A stretch of DNA of 63,962 bases from an uncultured Akkermansia sp. (GTDB lineage: Bacteria; Verrucomicrobiota; Verrucomicrobiia; Verrucomicrobiales; Akkermansiaceae): positions 1 to 63,962 of the forward strand of contig CAYJLR010000001.1 in NCBI GenBank assembly GCA_964370895.1. The letters are read 5' to 3'. The notes under the pieces are model-generated. The model was given only the letters and a program-made list of their open reading frames with translations. It had not been told where the DNA came from and searched no databases. Within the stretch, counting starts at the first letter, position 1. Each line of letters begins with the position of its first letter. Below are positions 19,995 to 30,338 of the stretch, piece by piece. Position numbers and translations under genes: made by a program.

Positions 19995-21656
19995 ATGCTC
20001 ACACTCCTGAAAATCCGTAATCTCGCACTCGTTGATGAGCTCATTTGGCAGCCACAATCTGGTTTTATTGGTATCACGGGCGAGACTGGTGCAGGGAAAT
20101 CTGTCATCATGGGCGGTATTGAGCTCGTACTAGGTGAGCGTGCTGATAAGGGGTTAATTCGCAGTGGGGAGACCCAGTGCTCTATTGAGGCTGTCTTCGA
20201 GCTCAAGCACGTAGATCGTATCAATATGTACCTCGAAGAAGCAGGGGTACCTTCATGCGAGGGGGGAGAGCTACTCATACGTCGTGTGATCTCTACAACG
20301 ACGAATAAGCAGTTTGTGAATAACAGCCCCGTCACCTTGCAGGTGCTACGCCAGATAGGAGCTGGGCTTGTTGATATGCATCACCCAGACGCACATCGCT
20401 CCCTGACATCGCAGGATAGACAGAGAGCACTTCTCGATGCCTGTCTGAATGATAGTGAGGTGAAGCTTCAGTACCAGAAGGCGTATACTCAGTGGAGTAA
20501 GGCAAAACGCCAATACGAGGAGCTTTTAGAAAATGAGATGGCGAATGCCCGCGAACTCGATTACCTGCGACATCAGGTGGAGGAGATAGAGCTGGCAGCC
20601 TTCACTCATGACGAAATCGCTGAATTAGAAGACCACTGGAAGCGCGCACGCAATGCGGGACGCCTCCGTGACATCGCCTTACCTATGCTACAGCTTCTCG
20701 AAGGTATGGGAGGGGATGAACAGCATTCCATTCTCGGTCAGCTACGCCAGCTTGTGCGCGGAGCTCATGATCTGGAGCGTCTCGATGATTCGATGTCTGC
20801 TCGTATGCAGCCTGTTCAGGGTAGTGTAGAAGAGTTGGAGTCCCTCGCGGATGATCTTCGCGATTATCTTGGAAAGATGGATGATGATCCAGCAGCACTT
20901 GCTGCCCTCGAAGACCGAATGGCTCTCTACGAAAATCTGAAGCGCAAGTATGGCTCGGATTATGCTCAGATTGATGAACATTACCAACAGTGTCGCGAGC
21001 GTCTTGATGCTATCGAAAACCGTGAAGAACGCCTTGAAGAGCTACGTCTCGAAGTCGAGAGACTCATGGAGACGTTGATGAAGAAGGCGAAGAAGCTTAG
21101 TGCGGCTAGATGCGCAAGCATCCCTCAACTAGAAGCCGATTTCTTAAAGCACGCACAGCATCTCGGTTTCGCGCAGGCGCATTTTAGCATAGAACTACAA
21201 GATCTGAGCACTCCTTCTCCCGAGGGGGTAGAAGAGGTGGAGTTCCTCTTCGGTCCGAATCCTGGTGAACCCTTGAAACCTCTGCGCATGATTGCATCCA
21301 GCGGTGAAATGGCTCGTGTCATGCTGGCTCTCAAGAGCACGCTCGCGAAGCAGGATGATACTCCCTTATTAGTCTTCGATGAAATCGACGCAAACGTGGG
21401 CGGGGAAATCGCACGTGCTGTCGGCATGAAGATGCGTGAGCTAGGTGCGGACCATCAGGTGATCGCTATTACTCACTTCCCACAGGTGGCCGCCCTTGCC
21501 GAACATCATTATCTCATCAGCAAAGCCGTAGAGGATGGCCGCAGTATCTCTCGCCTCCGCGAGGTGCTAGGTGATGAGCGAGTGGCAGAACTCATGCGTA
21601 TGCTGGGTACAACAGGCGAGACCGCTAGAGCACATGCTCAGGACTTGTTACTGTGA
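19995..21656 (+). CDS. recN: DNA repair protein RecN
   Basis: TGETGAGKS Walker A, ASSGEMARVMLA, LVFDEID, ITHFPQVAA. Confidence 0.96.
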   Translation: MLTLLKIRNLALVDELIWQPQSGFIGITGETGAGKSVIMGGIELVLGERADKGLIRSGETQCSIEAVFELKHVDRINMYLEEAGVPSCEGGELLIRRVISTTTNKQFVNNSPVTLQVLRQIGAGLVDMHHPDAHRSLTSQDRQRALLDACLNDSEVKLQYQKAYTQWSKAKRQYEELLENEMANARELDYLRHQVEEIELAAFTHDEIAELEDHWKRARNAGRLRDIALPMLQLLEGMGGDEQHSILGQLRQLVRGAHDLERLDDSMSARMQPVQGSVEELESLADDLRDYLGKMDDDPAALAALEDRMALYENLKRKYGSDYAQIDEHYQQCRERLDAIENREERLEELRLEVERLMETLMKKAKKLSAARCASIPQLEADFLKHAQHLGFAQAHFSIELQDLSTPSPEGVEEVEFLFGPNPGEPLKPLRMIASSGEMARVMLALKSTLAKQDDTPLLVFDEIDANVGGEIARAVGMKMRELGADHQVIAITHFPQVAALAEHHYLISKAVEDGRSISRLREVLGDERVAELMRMLGTTGETARAHAQDLLL

Positions 21657-21665
21657 TGTGAGATC

Positions 21666-22649
21666 CTAGCGAGGGCGTAGAATGCTCAAGAAACGTCCGT
21701 AGAGTCGTAGCAGACTATCATGCTTGATAGAGAGTTTGATAGGGAGTTCTACTATGCGCTTGAGCAGTGGGGGGAGCTTTCGCAGTGAGACGAGTGGATA
21801 AGGAATGGTCTGTGACCATGGGCTCTCTCTCCACATGTCGAAAAATTGCTTTTCAAAGGGTAGCTTCGCGCCTGTAAGTATATTCGGCTTCGTGGCGGCG
21901 AAGTGGATGATCATGGGCTGCTCATAGGCATGACGAGCTTCTTCACTTTCATTCTGCATTTCTGCGGCAAAGAGTGGGATAACATTACAAGAAAGCGGCA
22001 AGCTAGCAATGCGATCTCTAAGCACATAATTGAGCACATCTTGGTCTGGCCAGATGAGCTTATCTGGAGGGAGTTCTAAGCTCGCGTTCACAAGCTGTGA
22101 GCTGATCTTCTCACGTCTCATCAGACTGAGATCCATCATAAGGAAACTTGAGTAGTAATAACGCTTAGGAGGCGATACCTGAGGCACACCGAGACGTGCG
22201 GGGAATTGCTCCACATAGGGCTTGTATTCCTCAGTATAGTTTCCGAATACGACCCAAGGACAGGCTGCAAGCACAGCTCCCTCCAAGGGGATATCCCAGA
22301 GCCTACTGATATCTTGCATCACCATGATATCACAGTCGAGATAGAGTACTTTCTCTATCTCTGGTGACAGTATATCCGCTAGAAGAAATCTGTAGTAGAT
22401 GGGGGTGGGGAAGCGTCTCGCAGTGGGAAGATCCTGCAGGGCATTAGCCACATGATAGAAGCGCAGATCAAGAGCCAGTGTAGAATATAGCTCCGTATCA
22501 ATACCCTGATGCAAGATGTGCACGCAGAATAGCTCAGGCTGCGCCAAGCTTCGCTCTAATGAAAAGAGTGCAAGCGCGAGAGGAATCTGGAAGTCCCTAT
22601 CAGCAGCGAAGGCTATGTGGTACTGCTTCTCCATGAGCTTATGAGGCAA
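21666..22649 (-). CDS. Glycosyltransferase family 8
   Basis: YYRF, KVLYLDCD (DxD), DQDVLN and IIHF motifs. Confidence 0.9.
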   Translation of the reverse strand: MPHKLMEKQYHIAFAADRDFQIPLALALFSLERSLAQPELFCVHILHQGIDTELYSTLALDLRFYHVANALQDLPTARRFPTPIYYRFLLADILSPEIEKVLYLDCDIMVMQDISRLWDIPLEGAVLAACPWVVFGNYTEEYKPYVEQFPARLGVPQVSPPKRYYYSSFLMMDLSLMRREKISSQLVNASLELPPDKLIWPDQDVLNYVLRDRIASLPLSCNVIPLFAAEMQNESEEARHAYEQPMIIHFAATKPNILTGAKLPFEKQFFDMWRESPWSQTIPYPLVSLRKLPPLLKRIVELPIKLSIKHDSLLRLYGRFLSILRPR

Positions 22650-24573
22650 ACTTAATCAGCCTTTTCCATAGCAATGGCTGGATGGCAAAGGCGAGGGCGA
22701 TGAGTAGGCAGAGTAGTACCGCCCAGTCACCGAACTGAGCATAGAGGGTGAGCCCCGCATTCGGATCAACTGGTAGTACCGCGTAGCTGCTGCCTCGCAA
22801 GAAGGGTTTCCCTTCTTCGTCTCGTAGTTCATCGATAAATCCACCATTCGCAGCTATAGCGCAGCTGACGCCCTGATTCGCAGCACGCACCATGGGACGA
22901 CGAAGCTCAATGCAGCGGAATGCCGCATTACGAGCCTGCTGCTCACCGCAAGCTGAGTGATGGAACCACGCATCATTACTTACATTAACAATGACCTGTG
23001 CGCCCTTACGTGCGAACTGTCGTACGAGTCCACCGACGGTGTCTTCGTAGCAAATAGCAGGGATAACGGATATTTTTTCTTCACGACCTGGTACAGGGAC
23101 AGAGATAGGCTCAGTGCCTACACCTGGGATGATGCCATCGCCTGTCTGTGTTCCTGTAATATCGGCATAGGCTTGGCCTACCCATTCTATATCGCGGGCG
23201 AGGGGGATATACTCACCAAAGGGCATGAGGTGCTGCTTAGAGACACTGCGTACACTGTCTAAATCACTCTCAATGATGACCATGGAATTGTGCATACCTT
23301 TGATATCCTGCATCCCTTTCTCATCACGCACGAGCTCGTATTCGTCTATGCCTGTAAAGAGAACGAAGCCTGTGCTTCCCATGTCTTTTAGCTCTGTACG
23401 TAGGGCTGGGATCCCTAGCGTCTCACTGAAATAGAGGTCTTTTGCAACATAGTCTTCGAGGCGTGTGCCAGCGCTTGAATCTCGCCAGAAGGGGTAGGGC
23501 ATAGCACTCTCGGGCCAGACGACCCAGAGCGGTAGTTGCTGGGTAAAGCCGTATTCAGGATTCTTCATAGCGAGTGCTAGGGTCTCCTGCTGTACACGCT
23601 GGAATCCCGCACGTGTTTCTTCGATGTATTCTTCGAAATAAGTAGAACGCTTGTGGCGAGGAGTCTTGATTTTCTGCACCTGATCGAGGTTGTTCTGTAC
23701 GGCAAGAACAGGCAGGGCAATGACGCCCTCTTCACCCAGCATACGTGTCGCAGAATAGCGCTGGGCCAGTGAAAGCCCTCCCATAAAAAGCCCAAAGATC
23801 ATGAGCAGCGCTGCGTAGAAATCCCATGGACGACAAGACTTACTCATGGCCTTCATGTGCAGGTAGCACCTTCTCCCCGCGCCATAGCAGATGACCGCGA
23901 AGGAAGCAGGGAAGAAGGAGAGTGCCGCCGTACCGATGAACTCTGCCCACTGAGCAAGTGATAGCCCATCATAGAGTGCCATGCCCATGCTATTCCATGA
24001 GAATCCCAGCGTGCCCTGTGCACGCAGCCATTCGATACATACCCAGAGAGCTCCCAGCCCTACAGCTGAGCGTAGAGTGGAGAGCATATCCATCATAGCC
24101 CAGTCGCGCCACGCCTTGCGTTTAGCATCATAGATATCAGAGGGCTGACTTAATTTCTTCGTGACAAGGAAGCTCTCAGGAGCTGGCACGGAGCTCAAGC
24201 GTGGACGCAGCAGTGTGCTGGCAATACCTGCCCATAAAGCAGGAAAAATGGCGTAGTAACTCATCAATGGGATAAATGCTACGCCTAAGAAGAGAAACTC
24301 ATTGATACGAAAGACCGAGCCGACTTCATGAATCCACCAAAAACTCACCGAATACCAGCCCATACCGTAGATCCAGCCATAGCCAAAAGCCGCCCAGAAT
24401 CGCATAGGGCGTATCCATAGGACGAACAAGAGCGGCAATAAGCCTAGCCATACGATGATGGATATGTCATAAGGCACGAAGGCCATCGCCATGACGATAC
24501 CACCGAAGAGGCTTAACAACAGGCGAAACCAGCGACGCTGAAACAGAGAAGCAGGCTGGGGGCTCTCAGGCAT
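22639..24573 (-). CDS. lnt: Apolipoprotein N-acyltransferase
   Basis: Multi-TM N-terminus plus nitrilase triad motifs WPESA, KQHLMPFGEY and ICYED. Confidence 0.94.
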   Translation of the reverse strand: MPESPQPASLFQRRWFRLLLSLFGGIVMAMAFVPYDISIIVWLGLLPLLFVLWIRPMRFWAAFGYGWIYGMGWYSVSFWWIHEVGSVFRINEFLFLGVAFIPLMSYYAIFPALWAGIASTLLRPRLSSVPAPESFLVTKKLSQPSDIYDAKRKAWRDWAMMDMLSTLRSAVGLGALWVCIEWLRAQGTLGFSWNSMGMALYDGLSLAQWAEFIGTAALSFFPASFAVICYGAGRRCYLHMKAMSKSCRPWDFYAALLMIFGLFMGGLSLAQRYSATRMLGEEGVIALPVLAVQNNLDQVQKIKTPRHKRSTYFEEYIEETRAGFQRVQQETLALAMKNPEYGFTQQLPLWVVWPESAMPYPFWRDSSAGTRLEDYVAKDLYFSETLGIPALRTELKDMGSTGFVLFTGIDEYELVRDEKGMQDIKGMHNSMVIIESDLDSVRSVSKQHLMPFGEYIPLARDIEWVGQAYADITGTQTGDGIIPGVGTEPISVPVPGREEKISVIPAICYEDTVGGLVRQFARKGAQVIVNVSNDAWFHHSACGEQQARNAAFRCIELRRPMVRAANQGVSCAIAANGGFIDELRDEEGKPFLRGSSYAVLPVDPNAGLTLYAQFGDWAVLLCLLIALAFAIQPLLWKRLIKFAS

Positions 24574-24605
24574 AAGAAGTAGGTGTAGGCTTAGAGGCAG
24601 TATAC

Positions 24606-25268
24606 TTAGTCCTGCTTCTTTGTAAGTGTATTCGCGCGGATGCTCTTTTTCCCAAGAAGCTGAGGCTCAGCATCACCATCCATTAGATAGCGTACTTCCA
24701 GACTCCAGAGTGGCGCATTGTAGTCTACCTGATGATAGAGATAGTCATCCTTGTTTTTATAACCAGCGAGGGGATAGAAGCTCACCTTGTTACCATCATA
24801 GCTGATGTTAAAGTCGTCCGAAGTGGTGAATCCATTCGACGTGAAGGGAAGACTGATGATATCGCCCTGACGCTGCATATTCTCATTATGGAAACTAACC
24901 ATCAGTTTTCCATTCTTCTTGATATCATCCATTTTAATAGAAATGACAGGGTAGCAAGCGACGCGACGCATCATACGATCATCGCCTTCGGATGATTTCC
25001 ACTCAGTTTCTACTTCTTCTACCGTGAAGTGCTCTGTCTCCCATGGGAGGTCTGTGATGATTTCACGCCATGCACGAGTCGGAACTTTCGACATGACTTC
25101 GATGTAGATGAAAACAGCTCCTCCTACCATGAGGGTAAGAGTGCTCAGAATACCAATAAGACTGAGCGTAGATATTTTCTTCTTGGCTACGCCAGTTGTT
25201 TCCTGCGTGCTTGCATTCGTGGTATCATCTGTCGGTATGGACTTTTGATCGCTTGGCTGATCTTGCAT
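24606..25268 (-). CDS. Hypothetical membrane-anchored protein
   Basis: Single TM helix near the N-terminus. Start set at ATG 25268, 6 nt from TTGCCA-17-CAAAAT. Confidence 0.7.
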   Translation of the reverse strand: MQDQPSDQKSIPTDDTTNASTQETTGVAKKKISTLSLIGILSTLTLMVGGAVFIYIEVMSKVPTRAWREIITDLPWETEHFTVEEVETEWKSSEGDDRMMRRVACYPVISIKMDDIKKNGKLMVSFHNENMQRQGDIISLPFTSNGFTTSDDFNISYDGNKVSFYPLAGYKNKDDYLYHQVDYNAPLWSLEVRYLMDGDAEPQLLGKKSIRANTLTKKQD

Positions 25269-25378
25269 GAGGCTATTTTGGACTGAAAAAATGCTGCTGG
25301 CAATAAAAAAAGGTTGCATTTACGCATAAATACGTAAAAATATACCTGAGAAGTCCAACCACTTCTCATTTATATGTT

Positions 25379-25615
25379 ATGGCAGAATTAGACGATAAAG
25401 TAGAAATGAACGTAGAAGGCAAGTACTACGTCGATAGCAGTTGCATCGATTGTGATCTTTGCCGCGAAAGCGCACCCCAGTTCTTCGGACGTGACGAAGA
25501 TGAAGGTGTTTCTTACGTATGCGCACAACCCACAACTCCTGAAGACATCGCACTTTGTGATGAAGTTCTCGAATCCTGCCCAGTGCAGTCCATCGGTGAC
25601 GATGGCGACGAATAA
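25379..25615 (+). CDS. Ferredoxin (single [4Fe-4S]/[3Fe-4S] type)
   Basis: CIDCDLC...CP in a small acidic protein. Confidence 0.92.
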   Translation: MAELDDKVEMNVEGKYYVDSSCIDCDLCRESAPQFFGRDEDEGVSYVCAQPTTPEDIALCDEVLESCPVQSIGDDGDE

Positions 25616-25623
25616 ATAACTTC

Positions 25624-26175
25624 ATGAGTACTGCTCGTTCTAGTAATGGTCTTCCCGTAGATGATTCGTCCCCTGCGCAAAAGGCCAGTGATGCAGTAAC
25701 AGAGGCTCAAGTCGACGCACGTGAGCAGCTGCAACTGCGAAAAAAGCTAGGCAGCAGACGCTATTACTTGGTCACTTATCCTGATGGGAAGGCTGGTTAT
25801 GTACATATACCCAGTCGCTCTCAGCAGGATGAGGACCAAGCAATGGCAGACTTCTTAGGAGTCTCCATTGACCGATCAGCCACGCGATCCATACGAAGCA
25901 TGGCATCCATATTAGGCGAGATTGATGAGCGCCTCCAGCTGCGTGAAGAGAGCTTCGCTGCTGAGATACTGGCCGAAGCATGGAAGAACGCTATGGGCGA
26001 CTTCTTCTCCACACAGGCTGAGCTTTTTTCGCTCAGCGATGGACTTGCTACCATACGCACGCTTCACCCGAATATCCGATTTGAAATTAATCGTATGCGC
26101 CCTCAAGTCATGCGCAAGCTTAACGATCAATTAGGTGCGGGAAGCGTGAAGAAAATCCGCATCATTCACTCATAG
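25624..26175 (+). CDS. DUF721/DciA-family protein
   Basis: C-terminal AWKNAMG...LSDGLATI...LNDQLGAGSVKKIRI pattern. Confidence 0.7.
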   Translation: MSTARSSNGLPVDDSSPAQKASDAVTEAQVDAREQLQLRKKLGSRRYYLVTYPDGKAGYVHIPSRSQQDEDQAMADFLGVSIDRSATRSIRSMASILGEIDERLQLREESFAAEILAEAWKNAMGDFFSTQAELFSLSDGLATIRTLHPNIRFEINRMRPQVMRKLNDQLGAGSVKKIRIIHS

Positions 26176-28081
26176 CTGGATAGCTAGGATTGATAAATCG
26201 ATCCACCTCTGCATGCGTCCCGTCTTTTGGGTATGCTTCTTCATCCACCCAGAAGAGGTGAGCCTCCTGTACATCGTAGGGACGAGGAGTGGAAAACTGA
26301 CAATAGGTCGTATCTGGGAAGCGTATATGGCGCCAGCTGGCCACGTAGCAGCGATTTTCCTTCCAGCCCGGAAGCCATACAGCGAGTGCCGCAAGACGCT
26401 GATTCACCTTCAGGGTAGCCTTCGCTAGTTCATCTGTCGTCTTCGCATCATGCATGGCATCTATATGCTCATCCATGTTCGCATCATCTAGTGCATGAAG
26501 ATTACGCCCTACTGTGTCATAGAAGCGTGAGTGGAACTGTGTCTCGAGGGAAGGGAGTGGGAAGCTAGCTACGTCCGCCCAGAAGGCCATCTGGTAGGTC
26601 TTGTGCTCTACCTTTTTCGCTGTCTGTTGCCATGGGGTGGGGTCGGCGATGATTTCTGCACCACAGAGACGCGCGCTCTGCGCTAGCTGCTGCACGAGGC
26701 TTGAGACCTTCTCCGATGGAGTGTAGGAGAGAGTGATGCTGAGGCGTGTGCCGTCCTCTTTTCGCAAGATGCCATCACTTCCTGCTGTCGTGTAACCTGC
26801 TTTGTGGAAGTACTCTCTGGACTTATTCACATCGAACTTCACCTGCGAAACTTCGCCCTGCTTCGGGCTGAGATTCCCATAGCCTTCACTGAAAAAGGCG
26901 AGACGCTCATATTCTCCTCTGAAGAGTAAATCAAGAGCGCGATTCATATCCATCGCATGCAGCAGCCCTTGACGCAGGTTAATATCAGGAAGCGTGCGTG
27001 CATTCAGATATATACCGTAGGGTGGCAGGGGGTAATGGGAGAGGAATCGATGCTTCTCTATGCGTCCTTCGCGCACATGCTCATGCTGGAGTCTCTGCTG
27101 CCATGCGCTGAGATTGCGCGTCTGAAGTATATCTATCTTCCCCTTCCAGAAAAACTCCCAGAGCTGAGCTTCGTCTGCGAGGAAATGAATATGTCGCTTG
27201 TCGACATTGTAACGATAGCGGTAATAAGGGAGATCTGCAGCCCACCACTGGGGAACCTTCGACATGATGATCTCGCGGTTTGTTTTAAAGTCTGAAGGCA
27301 GGACACTATAAGCACCTGTTGTAGGTGCTATACGCTGGGCATAGCGCTCTACATAGTCAGGTCCAAACTCACTGTAAAAACTCGGCTCTGCAGGACTGAG
27401 CAGCTGCGCTATAGTGTAGGGCGCGAGCAGCTCTGGCTGGCGCAGGGTTACGGAGAATGTGTGCTCGTCAAAGTAGCTGGCCTTTTCGATACTGCTGGCT
27501 ATTTTACTAAGCGCGAGAGGGTCTTTAATATAATCTGAACTGCGTAGGTAGAGTCCCAGGAAGAAGTCACCAGCACGCACTGGGCGACCATTTGAATAGC
27601 GGGCTTGTGGATTCAGACGGAAGTAAACCGTGCGTCCATCTTTTCCCATAGCCCAGCTCTGAGCTACACCAGGTATGATGTGCTTTTCTGGGTTCAGGGG
27701 GTGGAGTTCGACGAGCTTGATATCCACATTCGCGTAGAGCGTGTAGTGGAAGAAAACTGTTCCTAGCCCTCCGATGGGGCGTAGATGTGCAGGGTAGGGA
27801 CCGGCATTAACAAGATGGACGCTGCCGCCTTTCTTCGCTTCAGGATCTCCTATTTCAGGTAGACCGCTTCCATCTTCCCAGTGGAGGTCAGAAGGAATGG
27901 ACTCTGGAAAATGCTCTACCTTGATAGCATCGAGATCAGTGAGCGTATCCCACATGCTCTCTGGGTAAGCGGCTGCCGATTTGATGCCGCCTAGGGTGAC
28001 ATTATGTACCACATTTTCTTCTCTGCATGAAGATAATATCAGACTTACGCAGCTAAGAATACAGAGAAGGAATCGTGGCAT
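26162..28081 (-). CDS. ABC transporter solute-binding lipoprotein, family 5 (YejA-like)
   Basis: Lipobox LSSC, AKKGG, FRLNPQARYSNGRPVRA. Confidence 0.85.
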   Translation of the reverse strand: MPRFLLCILSCVSLILSSCREENVVHNVTLGGIKSAAAYPESMWDTLTDLDAIKVEHFPESIPSDLHWEDGSGLPEIGDPEAKKGGSVHLVNAGPYPAHLRPIGGLGTVFFHYTLYANVDIKLVELHPLNPEKHIIPGVAQSWAMGKDGRTVYFRLNPQARYSNGRPVRAGDFFLGLYLRSSDYIKDPLALSKIASSIEKASYFDEHTFSVTLRQPELLAPYTIAQLLSPAEPSFYSEFGPDYVERYAQRIAPTTGAYSVLPSDFKTNREIIMSKVPQWWAADLPYYRYRYNVDKRHIHFLADEAQLWEFFWKGKIDILQTRNLSAWQQRLQHEHVREGRIEKHRFLSHYPLPPYGIYLNARTLPDINLRQGLLHAMDMNRALDLLFRGEYERLAFFSEGYGNLSPKQGEVSQVKFDVNKSREYFHKAGYTTAGSDGILRKEDGTRLSITLSYTPSEKVSSLVQQLAQSARLCGAEIIADPTPWQQTAKKVEHKTYQMAFWADVASFPLPSLETQFHSRFYDTVGRNLHALDDANMDEHIDAMHDAKTTDELAKATLKVNQRLAALAVWLPGWKENRCYVASWRHIRFPDTTYCQFSTPRPYDVQEAHLFWVDEEAYPKDGTHAEVDRFINPSYPAMSE

Positions 28082-28105
28082 GAGATGATTAAGAGGGTAA
28101 ATAGA

Positions 28106-28157
28106 AAGAAACCCTTCGGCGGCCTTGCTACAGGATATTTGAGCCGAAGGGTTTCTT
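28106..28157 (-). terminator. Hairpin/intrinsic terminator after the TonB-dependent receptor
   Basis: Perfect 15-bp stem AAGAAACCCTTCGGC/GCCGAAGGGTTTCTT. Confidence 0.7.
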
Positions 28158-28174
28158 CTATATATTGACTTATC

Positions 28175-30160
28175 TTAGAACTTCACAGTGACACCACCGA
28201 AGATACCGATACCTGTACCGAGGTAGTCGATAGGGTAGGAGCCTTCTGAGACGTAATCTTGGTCTGTGATGTTTTCCACACGCATGTGAAGAGCCACGTT
28301 CTCGTTTACTTCATAGCGAGCATAGGCGCGCAGTGTGTAGTAGGAATCGAGTGGATCGTTCGCTGTGTAGTTAACACGACCGCTAGCGGCCTGTACGCCT
28401 ACACCGAAGGTGAACTTATCTGTAGGGCTCGTGTGGATATCGGCTGCCCAGACGCGGCGAGCTGTCTTAGCAAGCTGCTTGTCATTCGCATCCTTAGGAG
28501 AGGTTACAGTGAAGCTCAGTGTGTAACCAGTATTCCAAGTGGAGCTGATCTCACCCTGCATGGCGAGCTCCAGACCCTGAACGGTCCAGATGCCTTGGGC
28601 ATTTGAATAGTCTACATAAGATCCACCTATGCTAGGATCGTAGGTATAGGTGGTGTCGATACCATCGCTGAGCTGCTGCCAGAAGAAGGTAGCGCTGATC
28701 TTGTGATCTTCTGCGATTTTCTGCTCGAAGCCGAAGTCGAAGCCTACACTTGTCTCTTCCTTCAGATTAGGGTTACCGCGGTAGATGTTCTTATAGGTGT
28801 AGCCACCAGAATACATCTCACTATAGAAGTTGCCATTGGAGCGTTCCAGTGAGGTAGGAGCCTTGTAGCCAGTGCTAAATGAGGCGAATACACGTGAGCG
28901 TTCCTTGTTGAACTTGTAGCTGCTTGCAAGACGTACTGTAGTGTTTTCGTCGTAAATATCGCTGCTATCGAGACGCACAGCAATGGAGTTTTCCCAGTTT
29001 GTGATAGGGGTATAGAAGTGCTCCAGCGCGATGCCGTAGATGTCATCTTCTGTGCTGTTGTTTACGTAGACACCATCAGTTTCTTCTCTATTCCAAGAGA
29101 ATGCACCGGAGGTCTTGTGCTTGTCATTCCACTTGTAGTCATGACGCCATTCAGCTTGCAGATTCAGGTTCGTCATGAAGGCTCGACCATTGACTACACC
29201 TGGTGTGAGATCTGTTCCTACGATGGAATGCGCATCATAGACACCAGCCATAAGGGTGGATGTGTAAGCGTCCGTGATGTTGCTTACCCACTTGAGTGTA
29301 GCCAGATTTGAGCGTGTGGAGTTTTCCACTGGGTCGTGAGGAGACTTGAACTTAACATCTTCGCGACGATAAGTAGCGGTGACGACATTTGTGTCATTGA
29401 TCTGGTAGTCGAGGCGGATGTTGTTTGTCCAGTTTGTGTACTCACCGGCAGAGCTGTCAGCCGAAGGGCGCGAGCCGTCTGCAAGACGCATATCGTTGTT
29501 CGTAGACTGGTAAGTAGAGGAGAGGAAGTAGGAGAGCCCGTCCTTTTCGCCTTGAGCGACCACATTACCAAGCTGGGAGTCGAAAGAGCCGATCTCTACC
29601 GTGCTCTGGTAGCTAGGCTCGCCCTGTCCCTTAGGTGTGGTCATGTAGACGATGCCACCGACTGCGCCACCACCATAGACTGCACCCTGTGCACCCTTAA
29701 GTACTTCCAGACCGCCAAGACCATAGAGGGTCTGATGACCGATGAGATTCGCAGAGATACGACCTACACCGGATGCATTGTAAAGACGCATACCATCATA
29801 GATGGCCATGGTGTAAGTTTCATCATTCATACCGCGAATGACGATTTGGTTGCTACTGCCCATTTGGTTAATACCACCATTGGGAAGGGCAAATACACCG
29901 GGAACTCGTGTAAGAGCATCGCCAAGCTGAACCACGCCTTCTTCCTTCAGCTCCTCAATATTAAGGACGGTGACGGAGACGCCAGTCTCATCATAGGGCA
30001 TAGCCATACCATCGGATGCAGATACCGTGATAGGTGCGAGTTCAGTTTCCTCGATGGGGGCTTGAGGACTAGCCTGTGCAAAAGCACAATTTCCTGCCAT
30101 AGCGATGGCAAGCACAGCGCGTGTAACGCCTCCTTGAGGCGTAAGTGATGTAGATATCAT
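28175..30160 (-). CDS. btuB: TonB-dependent receptor, probable cobalamin transporter (BtuB-like)
   Basis: Signal peptide, TonB box-like PITVSA, plug motif LEVLKGAQGAVYG, C-terminal Phe, upstream cobalamin riboswitch. Confidence 0.8.
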   Translation of the reverse strand: MISTSLTPQGGVTRAVLAIAMAGNCAFAQASPQAPIEETELAPITVSASDGMAMPYDETGVSVTVLNIEELKEEGVVQLGDALTRVPGVFALPNGGINQMGSSNQIVIRGMNDETYTMAIYDGMRLYNASGVGRISANLIGHQTLYGLGGLEVLKGAQGAVYGGGAVGGIVYMTTPKGQGEPSYQSTVEIGSFDSQLGNVVAQGEKDGLSYFLSSTYQSTNNDMRLADGSRPSADSSAGEYTNWTNNIRLDYQINDTNVVTATYRREDVKFKSPHDPVENSTRSNLATLKWVSNITDAYTSTLMAGVYDAHSIVGTDLTPGVVNGRAFMTNLNLQAEWRHDYKWNDKHKTSGAFSWNREETDGVYVNNSTEDDIYGIALEHFYTPITNWENSIAVRLDSSDIYDENTTVRLASSYKFNKERSRVFASFSTGYKAPTSLERSNGNFYSEMYSGGYTYKNIYRGNPNLKEETSVGFDFGFEQKIAEDHKISATFFWQQLSDGIDTTYTYDPSIGGSYVDYSNAQGIWTVQGLELAMQGEISSTWNTGYTLSFTVTSPKDANDKQLAKTARRVWAADIHTSPTDKFTFGVGVQAASGRVNYTANDPLDSYYTLRAYARYEVNENVALHMRVENITDQDYVSEGSYPIDYLGTGIGIFGGVTVKF

Positions 30161-30206
30161 ATGTAGAGCTTAGTGGACCAATGTTACGTTGGTGTGTTCA
30201 GCGCTT

Positions 30207-30338
30207 CCCCTGGCTGGTACCCCGACTTAGTTCGTCAGCATCTGATGATGCTAGCTCACAATACGGTTGCGGCACAGTGACGGAATCTCACCGTCTTTCC
30301 CATCTATTTCTTGCAGTTCCTACTGCCTCCAGAGGGGG
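30207..30338 (-). ncRNA. Cobalamin riboswitch (compact form)
   Basis: Minus strand reads GGGAA-GACGGTGAGATTCCGTC-ACTGTGCCGCAACCGT...AAGTCGGGGTACCAGCC (B12 box), enclosed by CCCC..CTGG/CCAGGGG, upstream of the TonB receptor. Confidence 0.9.

Noticed and set aside
20315..20323. Single TGTGAATAA matches inside recN and the ABC ATPase gene (about 40906)
   Set aside because: Isolated matches in coding sequence are expected by chance.
26162..28081. Solute-binding protein as the BtuF partner of the B12 receptor
   Set aside because: It is a family 5 peptide/nickel-type protein, not BtuF-like, and a strong hairpin separates it from the receptor gene.
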